The notes under the pieces are model-generated. The model was not told the origin of the DNA. It searched no databases and worked only from the letters and a program-made list of their open reading frames with translations. Made by a program: the position numbers and the translations under genes. This document shows positions 7,921 to 17,419 of a DNA stretch of 42,360 nt, piece by piece. Origin of the DNA: an uncultured bacterium (lineage in GTDB: Bacteria; J088); the NCBI GenBank assembly GCA_964617795.1, contig CAZUAB010000001.1, positions 1 to 42,360 of the forward strand, written 5' to 3'. The first letter of the stretch is position 1. Every line of letters begins with the position of its first letter.

Positions 7921-9333
7921 ATGTCGCCGACAACCATCCTGACCATGCTGATTGTTGCGGCACTGGCCGCAGTCGCCGGCTATCTGGCCGCACGGCGATC
8001 CGCGGCGGCGGCAGTCGGTCGTGCCGAGACGCTCGCAGCGGAATTGCAGGCTTCCCGCAGCGAGGCCGAGTCCCTCAAATCCACCTTGTCCGCTGCGCAA
8101 GCCGACGCGGCCGCCGCGGGCGCCCGTGTCGAAGAACGCGAGCGACGGATCGACGAGTTAAAACTCCACGAAAAAGCGGCTGGCGAACTGCGAGAAAAGC
8201 TGGCCACACTCGAAGCTGAGCTTGCCCACACCACGGACGATGCGGCCCGGCGCGTGGCTGAGCTTTCGGTGCAGCGACGGGAGTTCGAAGAGCGCTTCGA
8301 GAATCTGGCCAACCGCATTTTTGAAGAAAAAGGTCGCACCTTCCAGTCGACCAGCCGAGCGCAACTCGACGACATGCTCAAGCCGTTTCGCGAGCAAATT
8401 GAGGGCTTCCGCAAGCGTGTCGATGAAGTCCATGGCGAGCAAACGCGCGGCCAAAGCTCGCTCCTAGAGCAGGTTCGCCAATTGCAAACGCTCAACCAAG
8501 CCATGCAGGCGGAGGCCTCCAACCTGACGCGGGCGCTCAAGGGCGAGGCCAAAACGCGCGGCAACTGGGGTGAGGTGATTCTTGAGCGGGTGCTCGAAAC
8601 GAGCGGATTGACCAAGGGGCGTGAGTATGTGACGCAGTTTGCGACGACGGGCCCGGACGGCAATCGTATCTTTCCCGATGCCGTCGTCCACTTGCCCGAA
8701 GGCAAAGACATCGTCATTGATGCCAAGGTGGCGCTGGTCGACTGGGATCGCGTGGTCGCCGCCGAAACTGACGAGGCCCGGGAGGCCGCACTCAAAGACC
8801 ACTTGGCGGCACTGAGGATCCATCTCAAGGGCCTTGCCGACAAGCGCTACCACGAAGCGGCCGGCATTCGCACGCTCGATTTTGTGGTGATGTTCATCCC
8901 GATTGAACCCGCTTTTTTGGTTGCCGTCGAACGTGACGAGTCATTGTTTCGCGAGGCGTTCGAGCGCAAGGTGATCCTGGCCGGCGCCAGCACACTGGGC
9001 CCGATCTTGCGGGTGGTTGCCAGCATTTGGCGCATGGATCGCCAGAACCGCAATGTGCTCAAAATCGCCGAGGAAGCGGGCCGGCTGCACGACAAGTTCG
9101 TCGGGCACATAGAGGCGCTCGACAAACTGGGCAAGCAGTTTGAGTCGGCCCGGGGCACCTACGATCTGGTGATGACACGACTGATCGGCCCTGGTGGTGT
9201 GACCAGTAAGATCGACAGCCTGCGCAAGCTGGGCGCCAAGGCCTCAAAGCAGCTGCCCGAGCACGTGCTGGCCGATTCCGACGAGGAAGATGGTCTGGCG
9301 CTTCCCGATGGGCAGGATGCCGACGAGGGCTGA
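7921..9333 (+). CDS. rmuC: DNA recombination protein RmuC
   Basis: N-terminal TM helix, a long coiled coil, then the RmuC nuclease-like region NWGEVILERVLETSGLTKGREYV and PDAVVHLPEGKDIVIDAKV (PD-(D/E)xK-like). Length and architecture match canonical RmuC. Confidence 0.9.
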   Translation: MSPTTILTMLIVAALAAVAGYLAARRSAAAAVGRAETLAAELQASRSEAESLKSTLSAAQADAAAAGARVEERERRIDELKLHEKAAGELREKLATLEAELAHTTDDAARRVAELSVQRREFEERFENLANRIFEEKGRTFQSTSRAQLDDMLKPFREQIEGFRKRVDEVHGEQTRGQSSLLEQVRQLQTLNQAMQAEASNLTRALKGEAKTRGNWGEVILERVLETSGLTKGREYVTQFATTGPDGNRIFPDAVVHLPEGKDIVIDAKVALVDWDRVVAAETDEAREAALKDHLAALRIHLKGLADKRYHEAAGIRTLDFVVMFIPIEPAFLVAVERDESLFREAFERKVILAGASTLGPILRVVASIWRMDRQNRNVLKIAEEAGRLHDKFVGHIEALDKLGKQFESARGTYDLVMTRLIGPGGVTSKIDSLRKLGAKASKQLPEHVLADSDEEDGLALPDGQDADEG

Positions 9334-9371
9334 CCAGCCCCTCACGTGCAACTTTCGCCGAGATTGGGAGC

Positions 9372-10007
9372 TTAGTCAAATCGCCAGATCGCGAAGGGGT
9401 CGGCGCAATCGGCGGCGACGAACCCGTCACCGGTCTCGTCACGCAGCAGCACCTCGAAACACGGCCCGTCCTCGCCTGCCGCATAGAGCCGGCGCCCCAC
9501 TGGCTCCAAGGTCCACGGCCCGCCTGTGACGTCGTCGCCATCGTCCGACATTCGCGTCAGTTCAGCCGGGGCTCCCGGCAACAGCTCGAAAACCGGCAGC
9601 ACCTTTCCGCTGCGCCTGTGCTCACCCCGCCCGATAAGCGCCCGCGGAGACTCGGCCGACGGCAGCGCGGCGGCGGTACGCCGCTCAACCGTGCGTTCGA
9701 GCCGATCTTGACGACGGGCGACTTGGCGCGAAGCATCGTGAGCCTCGACCACTGCGCCGCTCAACGTATTGAACCCGTCCCCCATGGCTTCCAGCGCCTC
9801 ACCGATCGACTGCTGGTCATCCTTGACCTCGACCACGGTCAGCGACTGCAACGCAACCTCGGCGCGGATCCTCGTCACGTCGCTAACCATCCGCTGGTCG
9901 AGATCGGCTACGGTTGATTTCACCTCAACCATGGCCTCTTCGGTAGCGTAGTCGGTACAAGCGCCGGCAAGGACGGCGAGTGCAACAAAGGTGGCGAGCA
10001 GTCGCAT
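9372..10007 (-). CDS. Hypothetical lipoprotein
   Basis: ORF 9372..10052 trimmed to MRLLATFVALAVLAGAC (lipobox). Balanced composition compared with the overlapping frames. No family recognised. Confidence 0.55.
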   Translation of the reverse strand: MRLLATFVALAVLAGACTDYATEEAMVEVKSTVADLDQRMVSDVTRIRAEVALQSLTVVEVKDDQQSIGEALEAMGDGFNTLSGAVVEAHDASRQVARRQDRLERTVERRTAAALPSAESPRALIGRGEHRRSGKVLPVFELLPGAPAELTRMSDDGDDVTGGPWTLEPVGRRLYAAGEDGPCFEVLLRDETGDGFVAADCADPFAIWRFD

Positions 10008-10066
10008 GCGCTCATGGTAACTTGGGTCTGCCGGGGTCGCCAGTACCCACACGGCGGACTCGCCGC

Positions 10067-11242
10067 CTAGCCGAGCAGCGCCCCCACCACCCAGGCGATC
10101 CCCAAGCCCAGATAGTTGCCTAGCGCAAGCCCCAACACACCAGTCGTCATACCGGTTACGACAACGCTACGGTTGTTCATCACGCCGGCAATCGGGCCCA
10201 CGAACGGGGGGCCGAATACTGCGGCGACGGAGGTCATCATGGCCGTATCGGCATCGATACGAAACAAGCGGGCCAACAGCACGTGTAGCGCAATGGCTCC
10301 GACCAGAACGACCGCGACGTAGGCCAGCACACCGGACATCGCCGCAATCAATTCCTGCACCCGCGCCAGTTGCCCAATCGCCACGCAAAAGACCAGCAAG
10401 AGGTACTGGCCCGTCGCGTAGGTCCCCGGCAATTCACGCAGGCTCCGCACCCGGCTGCCCGCAATACCCGCTGTCGTAATCCCGAGGATGATGATTGTTG
10501 GGTCGATTTTCCCTCGCAAAAGATAGGCCGCCCCTACCGACAACGCAACACCCGCGACCGCCGCGAACAGGCCCAAGAAGACCTCACGCGGGCCGACGCG
10601 GCGACCATCCGGCTCGAAGGGATCGGCCGTGTCTTCGGGCAATACCGCGGCCGGGGCCTTGAGCAGCGCGCGAAAAAACCGTGGCCCCAGCGTCATCAGA
10701 AACAAGAAATAGAGGGCGCCGAGCAATACATCGGCGGCATTGAGCAATACGAAAGTCTCACGCTGTACGTCCAAGGCCAGCCCGATTGCATTCATGTTGG
10801 GCGTGCCGCCGGTATAGACGCCCGTAACCATGCCGGCGACCTTCGCCACCTCGGGCACTGCATCCTGCATGACGAACGCGGTGCCGATATTGACGACCAT
10901 GACGGCGACGATCGCCAGCACGAAACCGCCGATGGCGTCGGGCGCCCGGCGCAACCACGCGACGAAGTCGGCGGAAAAAAGAACCAACGGAATCGCCAGC
11001 AATACCATGGCTTGGCCGATCCCTTCGGCCACATGTTTGTCGATCGGCAGTCCGGGTATGTTGGCGGCCAGGATACCGGCAGCATAACAAAGTACGACCG
11101 GACTCAGCGTATGCAGCGCTTTCGAATGGCGCGCGCCGAGGATGGCTGCCGCCGGAAACAGCAGGGTAACCAGCGCCTGAATGACCATTGATGCAGCCGA
11201 GAACAGCGAGGCAACCAGTGCCTGAATAAGCATTGACGTCAT
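10067..11242 (-). CDS. DUF819 (YjcL-like) integral membrane protein
   Basis: Polytopic membrane protein. The C-terminal part ARLFRIDADTAMMTSVAAVFGPPFVGPIAG...GVLGLALGNYLG resembles B. subtilis YjcL (GKLFRVRLEEILLAVNATVGGPTT...GTLGYLIGNYVG). Its ATG shares one nt with the TauE stop (TGATG). Later starts at 11233 or 11188 are possible. Confidence 0.72.
   Translation of the reverse strand: MTSMLIQALVASLFSAASMVIQALVTLLFPAAAILGARHSKALHTLSPVVLCYAAGILAANIPGLPIDKHVAEGIGQAMVLLAIPLVLFSADFVAWLRRAPDAIGGFVLAIVAVMVVNIGTAFVMQDAVPEVAKVAGMVTGVYTGGTPNMNAIGLALDVQRETFVLLNAADVLLGALYFLFLMTLGPRFFRALLKAPAAVLPEDTADPFEPDGRRVGPREVFLGLFAAVAGVALSVGAAYLLRGKIDPTIIILGITTAGIAGSRVRSLRELPGTYATGQYLLLVFCVAIGQLARVQELIAAMSGVLAYVAVVLVGAIALHVLLARLFRIDADTAMMTSVAAVFGPPFVGPIAGVMNNRSVVVTGMTTGVLGLALGNYLGLGIAWVVGALLG
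11144..11233 (-). repeat. Degenerate 45-nt tandem duplication of the DUF819 N-terminus, each unit starting with ATG
   Basis: MLIQALVASLFSAAS / MVIQALVTLLFPAAA. About 33 of 45 nt are identical between the units. Confidence 0.6.
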
Positions 11243-12015
11243 CAAATTCCACCTCCAATTGCGAAGACTTTGGGCGCCGCATTGCCGAGAACCGCCAAAC
11301 CAGCGATGAACAGCATTGCGACGACCAATACGCGAAAACCGAGTTCGGGCAAACGCCTGTGAATCTTCTCACCGAAGAGAATACCCGCAATTACGCCGGG
11401 CAACAGCCAGAGTGCCAAACGGGCCACCTCCATATCGAAGCTACCGGCCCGTACGTGCCCGACGATCAGTACAGAGTTCAAGGTCAACCACAGCGCCGCC
11501 AAGGTCGCCCGGAAGCGCATTTTATCGGGAAGATTGCGCTGGGCGTAATAGACGATCATCGGGCCACCTGAGGCGAAGGCGCCTTGAATCACGCCGCCGG
11601 CCATGAGCCAAAGCGCCGAGCTGACGGGCCCCAGCGGAATCCGCGGACCGCCGCCGGCACGACGCCACAGCCGGACGCCTTCGAGGGATGCGAACCCCAC
11701 CACAAAAACGCCAAAGACCATGAGCAGTGCATCACGCGGGGCCTCCTGGAAGGCGATAAACCCGACGGGCATGCCAAGGCCCGCCAGCGGCAGGATACGA
11801 CCCAGCAGAAGTCGCACATCCACATGTGCCGCATTGCGGACGACGATCGCCGAACTCAACAGCAAGCTGAGCGGCAGGAGTGCGGGGACCAAATGCTCCA
11901 GCGGCACGAACTGGTTGCCGATCGAAACAATCAAGACCGTGGATCCGAAGCCGACCACGGCCTCGACGATATTGGCGAACGCCGCCAAAACCGCAAGGGC
12001 TGGCAGTACAGTCAC
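11242..12015 (-). CDS. TauE/SafE (DUF81) family anion exporter-like membrane protein
   Basis: ORF 11242..12378 trimmed to a GTG at 12015 that overlaps the ampG stop (GTGA). The upstream extension is Arg/Cys-rich junk overlapping ampG. The membrane protein shows the internal repeat of the family (GFGSTVLIV... / ...GAFASGGPMIVYY). Confidence 0.78.
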   Translation of the reverse strand: MTVLPALAVLAAFANIVEAVVGFGSTVLIVSIGNQFVPLEHLVPALLPLSLLLSSAIVVRNAAHVDVRLLLGRILPLAGLGMPVGFIAFQEAPRDALLMVFGVFVVGFASLEGVRLWRRAGGGPRIPLGPVSSALWLMAGGVIQGAFASGGPMIVYYAQRNLPDKMRFRATLAALWLTLNSVLIVGHVRAGSFDMEVARLALWLLPGVIAGILFGEKIHRRLPELGFRVLVVAMLFIAGLAVLGNAAPKVFAIGGGI

Positions 12016-13232
12016 GCGGTGCTGCCGGGTCCGAGCGGATCGTCGGTCGGCAGACGATGGATCAGCAGGAGCGCCGGTAGCCCGACGGCAAAGGACACCC
12101 AAAAATAGAGTGGCCAGCCTGACGCCTCGGCGACGAATCCCATGCCGGCGCTGGCGCCGGTTCGGGCAAAGGCCATGGCCGCTGTCAACACTGCATACTG
12201 GGTCGCTGCAAAATCCCGACGGCAGAGGCCAAGCAAAAACGCAGCATACGCCGCGTTGCCCATGCCGCCGCAAAAGTTCTCTGCCGTCACGGTCGCAATG
12301 AATAGGGGCATGTCCGGGCCCGCACTCGCCAGGAGCGCATACAGTACGTTGGTGACCGCCTGCAAGACGCCGAACCACAACAGCGCCGTCGCCATCCGCA
12401 ACCGCAGGAGCAGCGCCCCCCCCACCACGGTGCCGGCCAATGCGGCCGCCAAGCCGACGCCTTTGTTGACGGCGCCGAGGTCAGTCTTCGAGAAGCCCAG
12501 TTCGAGTAAAAAAGGTGTTGCCAAGGCCTGTGCCATCGTGTCGCCGAGCTTATACAAAAGGACGAATGCCGCGATACCCCATATCCCCTTGCGCCCCGCA
12601 AAATCGCGCAGCGGCTCGACAACCGCATCCGTCAACGAGGTCGGCGGGCGGACATCGGTCGGTTCTGGCGCCGCCAGCACGGCCAAGCCTCCGAATGCCA
12701 GTGCGCCTGCCATCAGCGCAAAGACCAAGGACCACGGCACATGATCGGCCAACATGAGCGCCAATGCACCGGAGGTCAACATCGCAACGCGGTAGCCCAG
12801 AACATGAAGCGAGGTGCCAAAGCCTAGTTCGCGGCGCTCCAGAGCCTCTGCCCGCCAGGCGTCGACCGCAACATCGAAGGTGGCACTGGCTACAGCCAGC
12901 GCCAATGCCGCGGCGGCGATTGTCAGTGCGGCCCCCGCCGGATCGACCACGCCGAGCGCCAACGTGGCCACCACACCCGCGGCGAGCGCCGCCAGCATCC
13001 AGCCGCGACGCCGTCCAAGCGGCGGCGTAAAGCGGTCGAGCGCCGGTGCCCAGAGAACCTTGAGCGTGTATGGAAGCCCGACGAGTGCGAAGAGGCCAAT
13101 CGACTTGAGATCCACGCCGGCCTCGTGCAGGCGGGCTTGCAGCGTTGATCCGGTGAGCGCCAGCGGCAAACCAGACACAAAACCCAGCGGCAAAAGGACC
13201 GCGAGGCGGCGGGGTGGCAGACGTGGCAGCAT
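12012..13232 (-). CDS. ampG: AmpG-family muropeptide MFS permease
   Basis: LPLGFVSGLPLALTGSTLQARLHEAGVDLKSIGLFALVGLPYTLKVLWAPALDRF is the typical AmpG N-terminus. About 12 TM segments. Confidence 0.85.
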   Translation of the reverse strand: MLPRLPPRRLAVLLPLGFVSGLPLALTGSTLQARLHEAGVDLKSIGLFALVGLPYTLKVLWAPALDRFTPPLGRRRGWMLAALAAGVVATLALGVVDPAGAALTIAAAALALAVASATFDVAVDAWRAEALERRELGFGTSLHVLGYRVAMLTSGALALMLADHVPWSLVFALMAGALAFGGLAVLAAPEPTDVRPPTSLTDAVVEPLRDFAGRKGIWGIAAFVLLYKLGDTMAQALATPFLLELGFSKTDLGAVNKGVGLAAALAGTVVGGALLLRLRMATALLWFGVLQAVTNVLYALLASAGPDMPLFIATVTAENFCGGMGNAAYAAFLLGLCRRDFAATQYAVLTAAMAFARTGASAGMGFVAEASGWPLYFWVSFAVGLPALLLIHRLPTDDPLGPGSTA

Positions 13233-13369
13233 CTCGGACAGCCTAGCAGGGCACAGAGAAACACGCGATACAAAGCACTATCGGGCGCGGCTTGACAAGC
13301 GGCAACAATTCACCAGTCGTGCTAGGCTGACGGCGTAAGGCTGACGATCGACGAGGAGATGCGCTGGGG

Positions 13370-15484
13370 ATGCGTCTGTACGACTGCGAACAGCAATTGA
13401 CGGAGCTAGCGGGCGAGCCTGCTACGCGCCAAGCGGCGCTGCTCGCGCTGTCGCCACTCGGCTTGCTGCTGTGTGACGCGGACGGGCACTTGGCGGCTCG
13501 CGAAGGCGGCCCGTGGATGCGTGCCGGCCTCGGAGATGTCGCGACGCTGGCCGATCTGGCCGCCAAAGCGCCGCGCTTGGCGGGCATTATTCATCGGGCC
13601 GCGGGCGGGCTGCCCGGCCATGAAACCCTGGATGTCAACGGCCAGGTATGGGAGGTCGAAGCCACGCCATGGCACGGTGGTGTCGTTGTTCTTGCGCTCG
13701 ACCGTGGCCCCGCCGCCGCATCGGCGCAGCGGGATGATCGCTCAAATGGGTTGCTTGACCTGCTCGCCGAGGGCAGTGCCGAGGGCCTGTGGATGTGGGA
13801 TACGACGTCTGACCAGATTTGGACATCGCGTCGTCTTAGAACCATGCTCGATGGCGGCGAAGATTTCTCGGAGGGTGGCCTCACCCGCTGGCTGGAGCGT
13901 GTCCATCCCGAAGATGTCGCCGGAATACGCGCCGCCCTCGACCGGCTTGTCGAAGGCAGCGTCGAGGTTTTCGAACTCGAAGCGCGACTACGCCACCGCG
14001 GCGGCCGCTACCTGTGGATGCGTGCCCGTGCAGTTGCCGAACGTGACCCCGAGGGTCGCGCACTGCGCATCGGCGGGTCGCTGGCCGATCTAACCGACCA
14101 AAAACGCAGCGAAGAACGCCTCGCGTGGCAGGCGTGGCACGACCCGCTGACCGGTCTGCCCAACCGAGCATTTTTCCTTGACCGCCTGCGGCTGACTATG
14201 GAGCGTGCCCGGCGCCAAACGTCGCTAATCTGGGCGGTGCTGTTCATTGACCTTGATCGCTTCAAGATCGTCAACGATAGCCTCGGCCACCTTGCCGGTG
14301 ACGAATTGCTACGCGGGATGGCGCGACGCATCGAGAGCTGCCTACGCAGTACCGACTGTGTAGCGCGGTTCGGCGGCGATGAATTCGCCATTTTGGTCGA
14401 TGATTTGGGCAGCGAGGATGAAGCCGAACAGGTCGCGGAGCGCCTGCTCAGTGAACTTTCGGAGCCTTTCGTACTTGAAGGAACCGAAATTGTGGCCACC
14501 GCCAGCATCGGCATTGCCCATGGCAGCACCGCCTACACGCAACCGGCGCAACTCCTACGGGATGCTGATTCGGCGATGTACCACGCCAAGCATGCTGGCC
14601 GCGCCCGTTGGTCCGCCTTTTCGCCCGACATGCACCAACGCGCCGTGGCGGCATTGCACCTCGAAAGCCAGCTTCGCCGTGCGGTCGAGCGGGCTGAACT
14701 AGAGAACTATTACCAACCGATTTTTGATCTTTCCACCGGCAATCTGGCGGGCTTCGAGGCGCTGGTTCGCTGGGACCACGGCGACCACGGTTTGATGTCG
14801 CCAACTCAATTTCTCAGCCTGGCCGATGAGACAGGGCTGATCGTTCCGCTCGGCGAGCACGTGCTTGATCGGGCCGTCGCCTGCATGCACGACTGGCGGC
14901 AGCGTATCCCCGCGTTCGCCGATGCCCATATGAGTGTCAACCTTAGCCCACGGCAGTTCGCCATGCGTGAGCTGCCAAGTCAGGTGCGGGCCATTCTCGA
15001 TCGCCACGGATTGCCGCCGGGTACGCTCAAGCTCGAAGTCACCGAGAGCGTGTTGATGGACAACGCCGACCACGCATTCGCAATGTTCATGCGCCTGCGG
15101 GCGCTGGGCGTCAAGCTGGCGATCGACGATTTTGGCACGGGTTTTTCGTCACTCAGCTACCTGCACCGCTTCCCGATGTTCATTCACACATTGAAAATCG
15201 ATCAAAGTTTCGTCAGTCGCATGCATATCGAGGTCGAGAAGGCCGAAATCGTGCGGACCATCGCCATGCTGGCGCGCAACCTCGACCTCGAAATCGTGGC
15301 TGAGGGCATCGAACATGTCGATCACGTCCAACAGATTCGAGCACTTGGCGCCAACCTCGGCCAAGGCTTTTTCTTTGGGCGCCCCCTGCCAGCCAAGGAC
15401 ATTGAATCGCGCTGGGGCGGCAGCAACGCCCGGGTCGATGTTGGCGGACCGGCCATCGCCCACAACGGCGACCATCGACCCTAA
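13370..15484 (+). CDS. PAS-GGDEF-EAL c-di-GMP turnover protein
   Basis: GAGGAG about 10 nt upstream. PAS region (WMWDTTSDQIWTSRR...). I-site RSTD five residues before GGDEF (RFGGDEFAILV). EAL motifs FEALVRW, DDFGTGFSSLSYL, EGIE, QGFFFGRP. Confidence 0.95.
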   Translation: MRLYDCEQQLTELAGEPATRQAALLALSPLGLLLCDADGHLAAREGGPWMRAGLGDVATLADLAAKAPRLAGIIHRAAGGLPGHETLDVNGQVWEVEATPWHGGVVVLALDRGPAAASAQRDDRSNGLLDLLAEGSAEGLWMWDTTSDQIWTSRRLRTMLDGGEDFSEGGLTRWLERVHPEDVAGIRAALDRLVEGSVEVFELEARLRHRGGRYLWMRARAVAERDPEGRALRIGGSLADLTDQKRSEERLAWQAWHDPLTGLPNRAFFLDRLRLTMERARRQTSLIWAVLFIDLDRFKIVNDSLGHLAGDELLRGMARRIESCLRSTDCVARFGGDEFAILVDDLGSEDEAEQVAERLLSELSEPFVLEGTEIVATASIGIAHGSTAYTQPAQLLRDADSAMYHAKHAGRARWSAFSPDMHQRAVAALHLESQLRRAVERAELENYYQPIFDLSTGNLAGFEALVRWDHGDHGLMSPTQFLSLADETGLIVPLGEHVLDRAVACMHDWRQRIPAFADAHMSVNLSPRQFAMRELPSQVRAILDRHGLPPGTLKLEVTESVLMDNADHAFAMFMRLRALGVKLAIDDFGTGFSSLSYLHRFPMFIHTLKIDQSFVSRMHIEVEKAEIVRTIAMLARNLDLEIVAEGIEHVDHVQQIRALGANLGQGFFFGRPLPAKDIESRWGGSNARVDVGGPAIAHNGDHRP

Positions 15485-15491
15485 TTCCGGC

Positions 15492-15905
15492 TTAGATAAC
15501 CCCGAGCAACCCGAGCGACATCCAGGCCAGCATGGCGATCTGTGCCATCCAGTATACGGCGCGTATCGAAACCGTCGCTTGCGTCACCGCTGCGATATGC
15601 ATACCGCTCTGCAGCACACGGGCGACCAACAACCACGGCGCCAAACCGTCGGTCACCTCTGTTTGTCCGGAGACGGCGGCCGTCAACAGGACCGCCGCCA
15701 CAAGTGGAAGATTTTCGACGCCGTTGAGGTGCGCCCGCCACAACCGACGATACAGCGGTGACCCTTCGTGCGGCGCATCGGCCGGGAATTCATCGGCCCG
15801 TTTTTTTCCTGTGGCGACGAGGACGACCCGAATCAGCGGGTAACTGAGCGCCAGCGCCATTACCCACATCGTGTAGCCGATCAAAACCTGCAGTGTTACG
15901 GACAT
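15492..15905 (-). CDS. MAPEG-family membrane protein
   Basis: ORF 15492..16250 trimmed to MSVTLQVLIGYTMWV. About 137 aa with 3-4 TM segments and the motif RAHLNGVENLPLV. The long upstream extension is Arg-rich and overlaps the divergent gene. Confidence 0.68.
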   Translation of the reverse strand: MSVTLQVLIGYTMWVMALALSYPLIRVVLVATGKKRADEFPADAPHEGSPLYRRLWRAHLNGVENLPLVAAVLLTAAVSGQTEVTDGLAPWLLVARVLQSGMHIAAVTQATVSIRAVYWMAQIAMLAWMSLGLLGVI

Positions 15906-15973
15906 ACGTCCCCTCCTTGGCTTGCCTTTGCCGCTCATCGTACCACGCTCGCCCGTGCTACCATACAAGAGCC

Positions 15974-16576
15974 ATGATGAGGCATGCCCAACGTCTGAGC
16001 CATACACTCGCCGCCCTTGACGCCGTCCACGCGCTCGGCCCGAACATGGTCGAGCGCGACGGAGAAATGGTGGCTGCCGAACTCGACTATGCCCGGCGGA
16101 TGAGCGGCTGGCTGGCAAGGCTTGTCCCTGCGCCAACGGAGGCCGTTGCCATTGCCGTCCGTGCGCAGCATCTTCGGCGTTGGCAGGTCGCGCGCGACGC
16201 GTATCCAGCAGGCCGGGCCGGATATCTGGCGTGGCGGGCCGAACGCGCACGGCTCGCCGCCGAGGAGATGGCCGCGCTGATGCGAGATCACGGCTGGTCG
16301 CAAGAGGTCATTGATGACGCCGTTCGCCACGTGCGTAAGCAAAATCTACGGCGCGATGCTGGCACACAGATCCTTGAGGATGTCGCCTGCCTAGTTTTTC
16401 TCGAAGGAGAATTCGCGACGTTTGCCCCGACCGTGGACGAAGGCAAGATGGTCGATATTTTGCAAAAAACATGGAAAAAAATGTCCCCATTGGCGCAGAA
16501 TCTCGCGCTCGGACTGGCCATCGAGCCGACGCTTCGCCACTTGGTCGAACGCGCGCTGAAAGGTACTCCCGCATGA
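15974..16576 (+). CDS. DUF4202 family protein
   Basis: ORF 15893..16576 trimmed to MMRHAQ. Pattern RAQHLRRWQVARDAYPAGRAGYLAWR...ILEDVACLVFLEGEF...ILQKTWKKMSP recalled as the DUF4202 signature. Confidence 0.68.
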   Translation: MMRHAQRLSHTLAALDAVHALGPNMVERDGEMVAAELDYARRMSGWLARLVPAPTEAVAIAVRAQHLRRWQVARDAYPAGRAGYLAWRAERARLAAEEMAALMRDHGWSQEVIDDAVRHVRKQNLRRDAGTQILEDVACLVFLEGEFATFAPTVDEGKMVDILQKTWKKMSPLAQNLALGLAIEPTLRHLVERALKGTPA

Positions 16577-17346
16577 CTCGTCTACCTGTGCTCGACACGT
16601 TTTTTCCCGACCAAGCCGCCGGCGTCTGGTTGACAGGGCTGCCGGTGCCCCCCGGCTATGCACAGGTCGTGGCCTGCTGGCAGCAGCGGGATCCAAGCGA
16701 TACTGAGGCAGCGCTGGCCGCGGCACTAAGTGACGACCGCCGGGCCGGGCGGCGGCCGCCGCCGCAGGCCGTTTTCGCCGGCGCCACGTTGGCCCTGCAT
16801 GCCGGCCGAAGCGAAGACGCTCGGGCGATGCTCGAACGCCTCGTCCTTGACGAACGGAGTGCTGTGCTGTGGCGCCTGCGCGCCGCCGGATCACTGTGGT
16901 CCCTGGGAATCGTTCCGCAGCTGCCAGAATCCGGCGCGCCGTGGGGTGTTGTGCTCGAAGTGGCAACACCCCGGGGTATCGAAGTTTTGGCGGCATGGCG
17001 CGATGGTGAGGCGGCCTACGCAGGCGCCGACGGTCTGGTAACGTCGGCGGCGCCATCGGCTGCGACCGCACCGCTTGCCGTCAAGGTGGTCGAGCTGGCC
17101 CACGAATTACGCACTGGATTCCCAGCGCCGCGCCGGCGACGGCGGCCGCGGGTATTGGCCACAGGTCAGGTCCGAATCACCCTCCTGACCCCGGCTGGGC
17201 TACGCCGGCGGGAAGAGACCATGCCGCAGGGCGGTTCGGCGGCGGCGGGCGCCGGGGAATCGTTCGAACTGATCCTTGAGGCGCAGGAGTTGATGTTGTC
17301 ACTGCGGCAGACGGTGGAACGGACCCCGGCCGCTGGGGTATCCTGA
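16573..17346 (+). CDS. Hypothetical protein, translationally coupled to the DUF4202 gene
   Basis: ATGA overlap at 16573..16576. High third-position GC and balanced composition, whereas the antisense ORF 16391..17071 is Arg/Pro junk. No family recognised. Confidence 0.55.
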   Translation: MTRLPVLDTFFPDQAAGVWLTGLPVPPGYAQVVACWQQRDPSDTEAALAAALSDDRRAGRRPPPQAVFAGATLALHAGRSEDARAMLERLVLDERSAVLWRLRAAGSLWSLGIVPQLPESGAPWGVVLEVATPRGIEVLAAWRDGEAAYAGADGLVTSAAPSAATAPLAVKVVELAHELRTGFPAPRRRRRPRVLATGQVRITLLTPAGLRRREETMPQGGSAAAGAGESFELILEAQELMLSLRQTVERTPAAGVS

Positions 17347-17419
17347 GGCGTCCGGTTCATTCGCACGCCGCAAGCGGCGCATCCGTACACCCGAATTTCG
17401 CCGAGGATGGGCTTCACGC

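Noticed and set aside
7921-9333. RmuC as a stand-alone anti-phage nuclease or defence-island marker.
   Set aside because: Its length, N-terminal TM helix, coiled coil and C-terminal domain match the ubiquitous housekeeping RmuC. No other defence-type genes (methylase, helicase, TIR, reverse transcriptase, toxin-antitoxin) flank it. Only the WYL pairing is kept as a finding.
15133-15148. Sigma-54-like TGGCAC element.
   Set aside because: The downstream element is TTTCG rather than TTGC at the correct spacing, and the site is in the middle of the EAL domain coding region.
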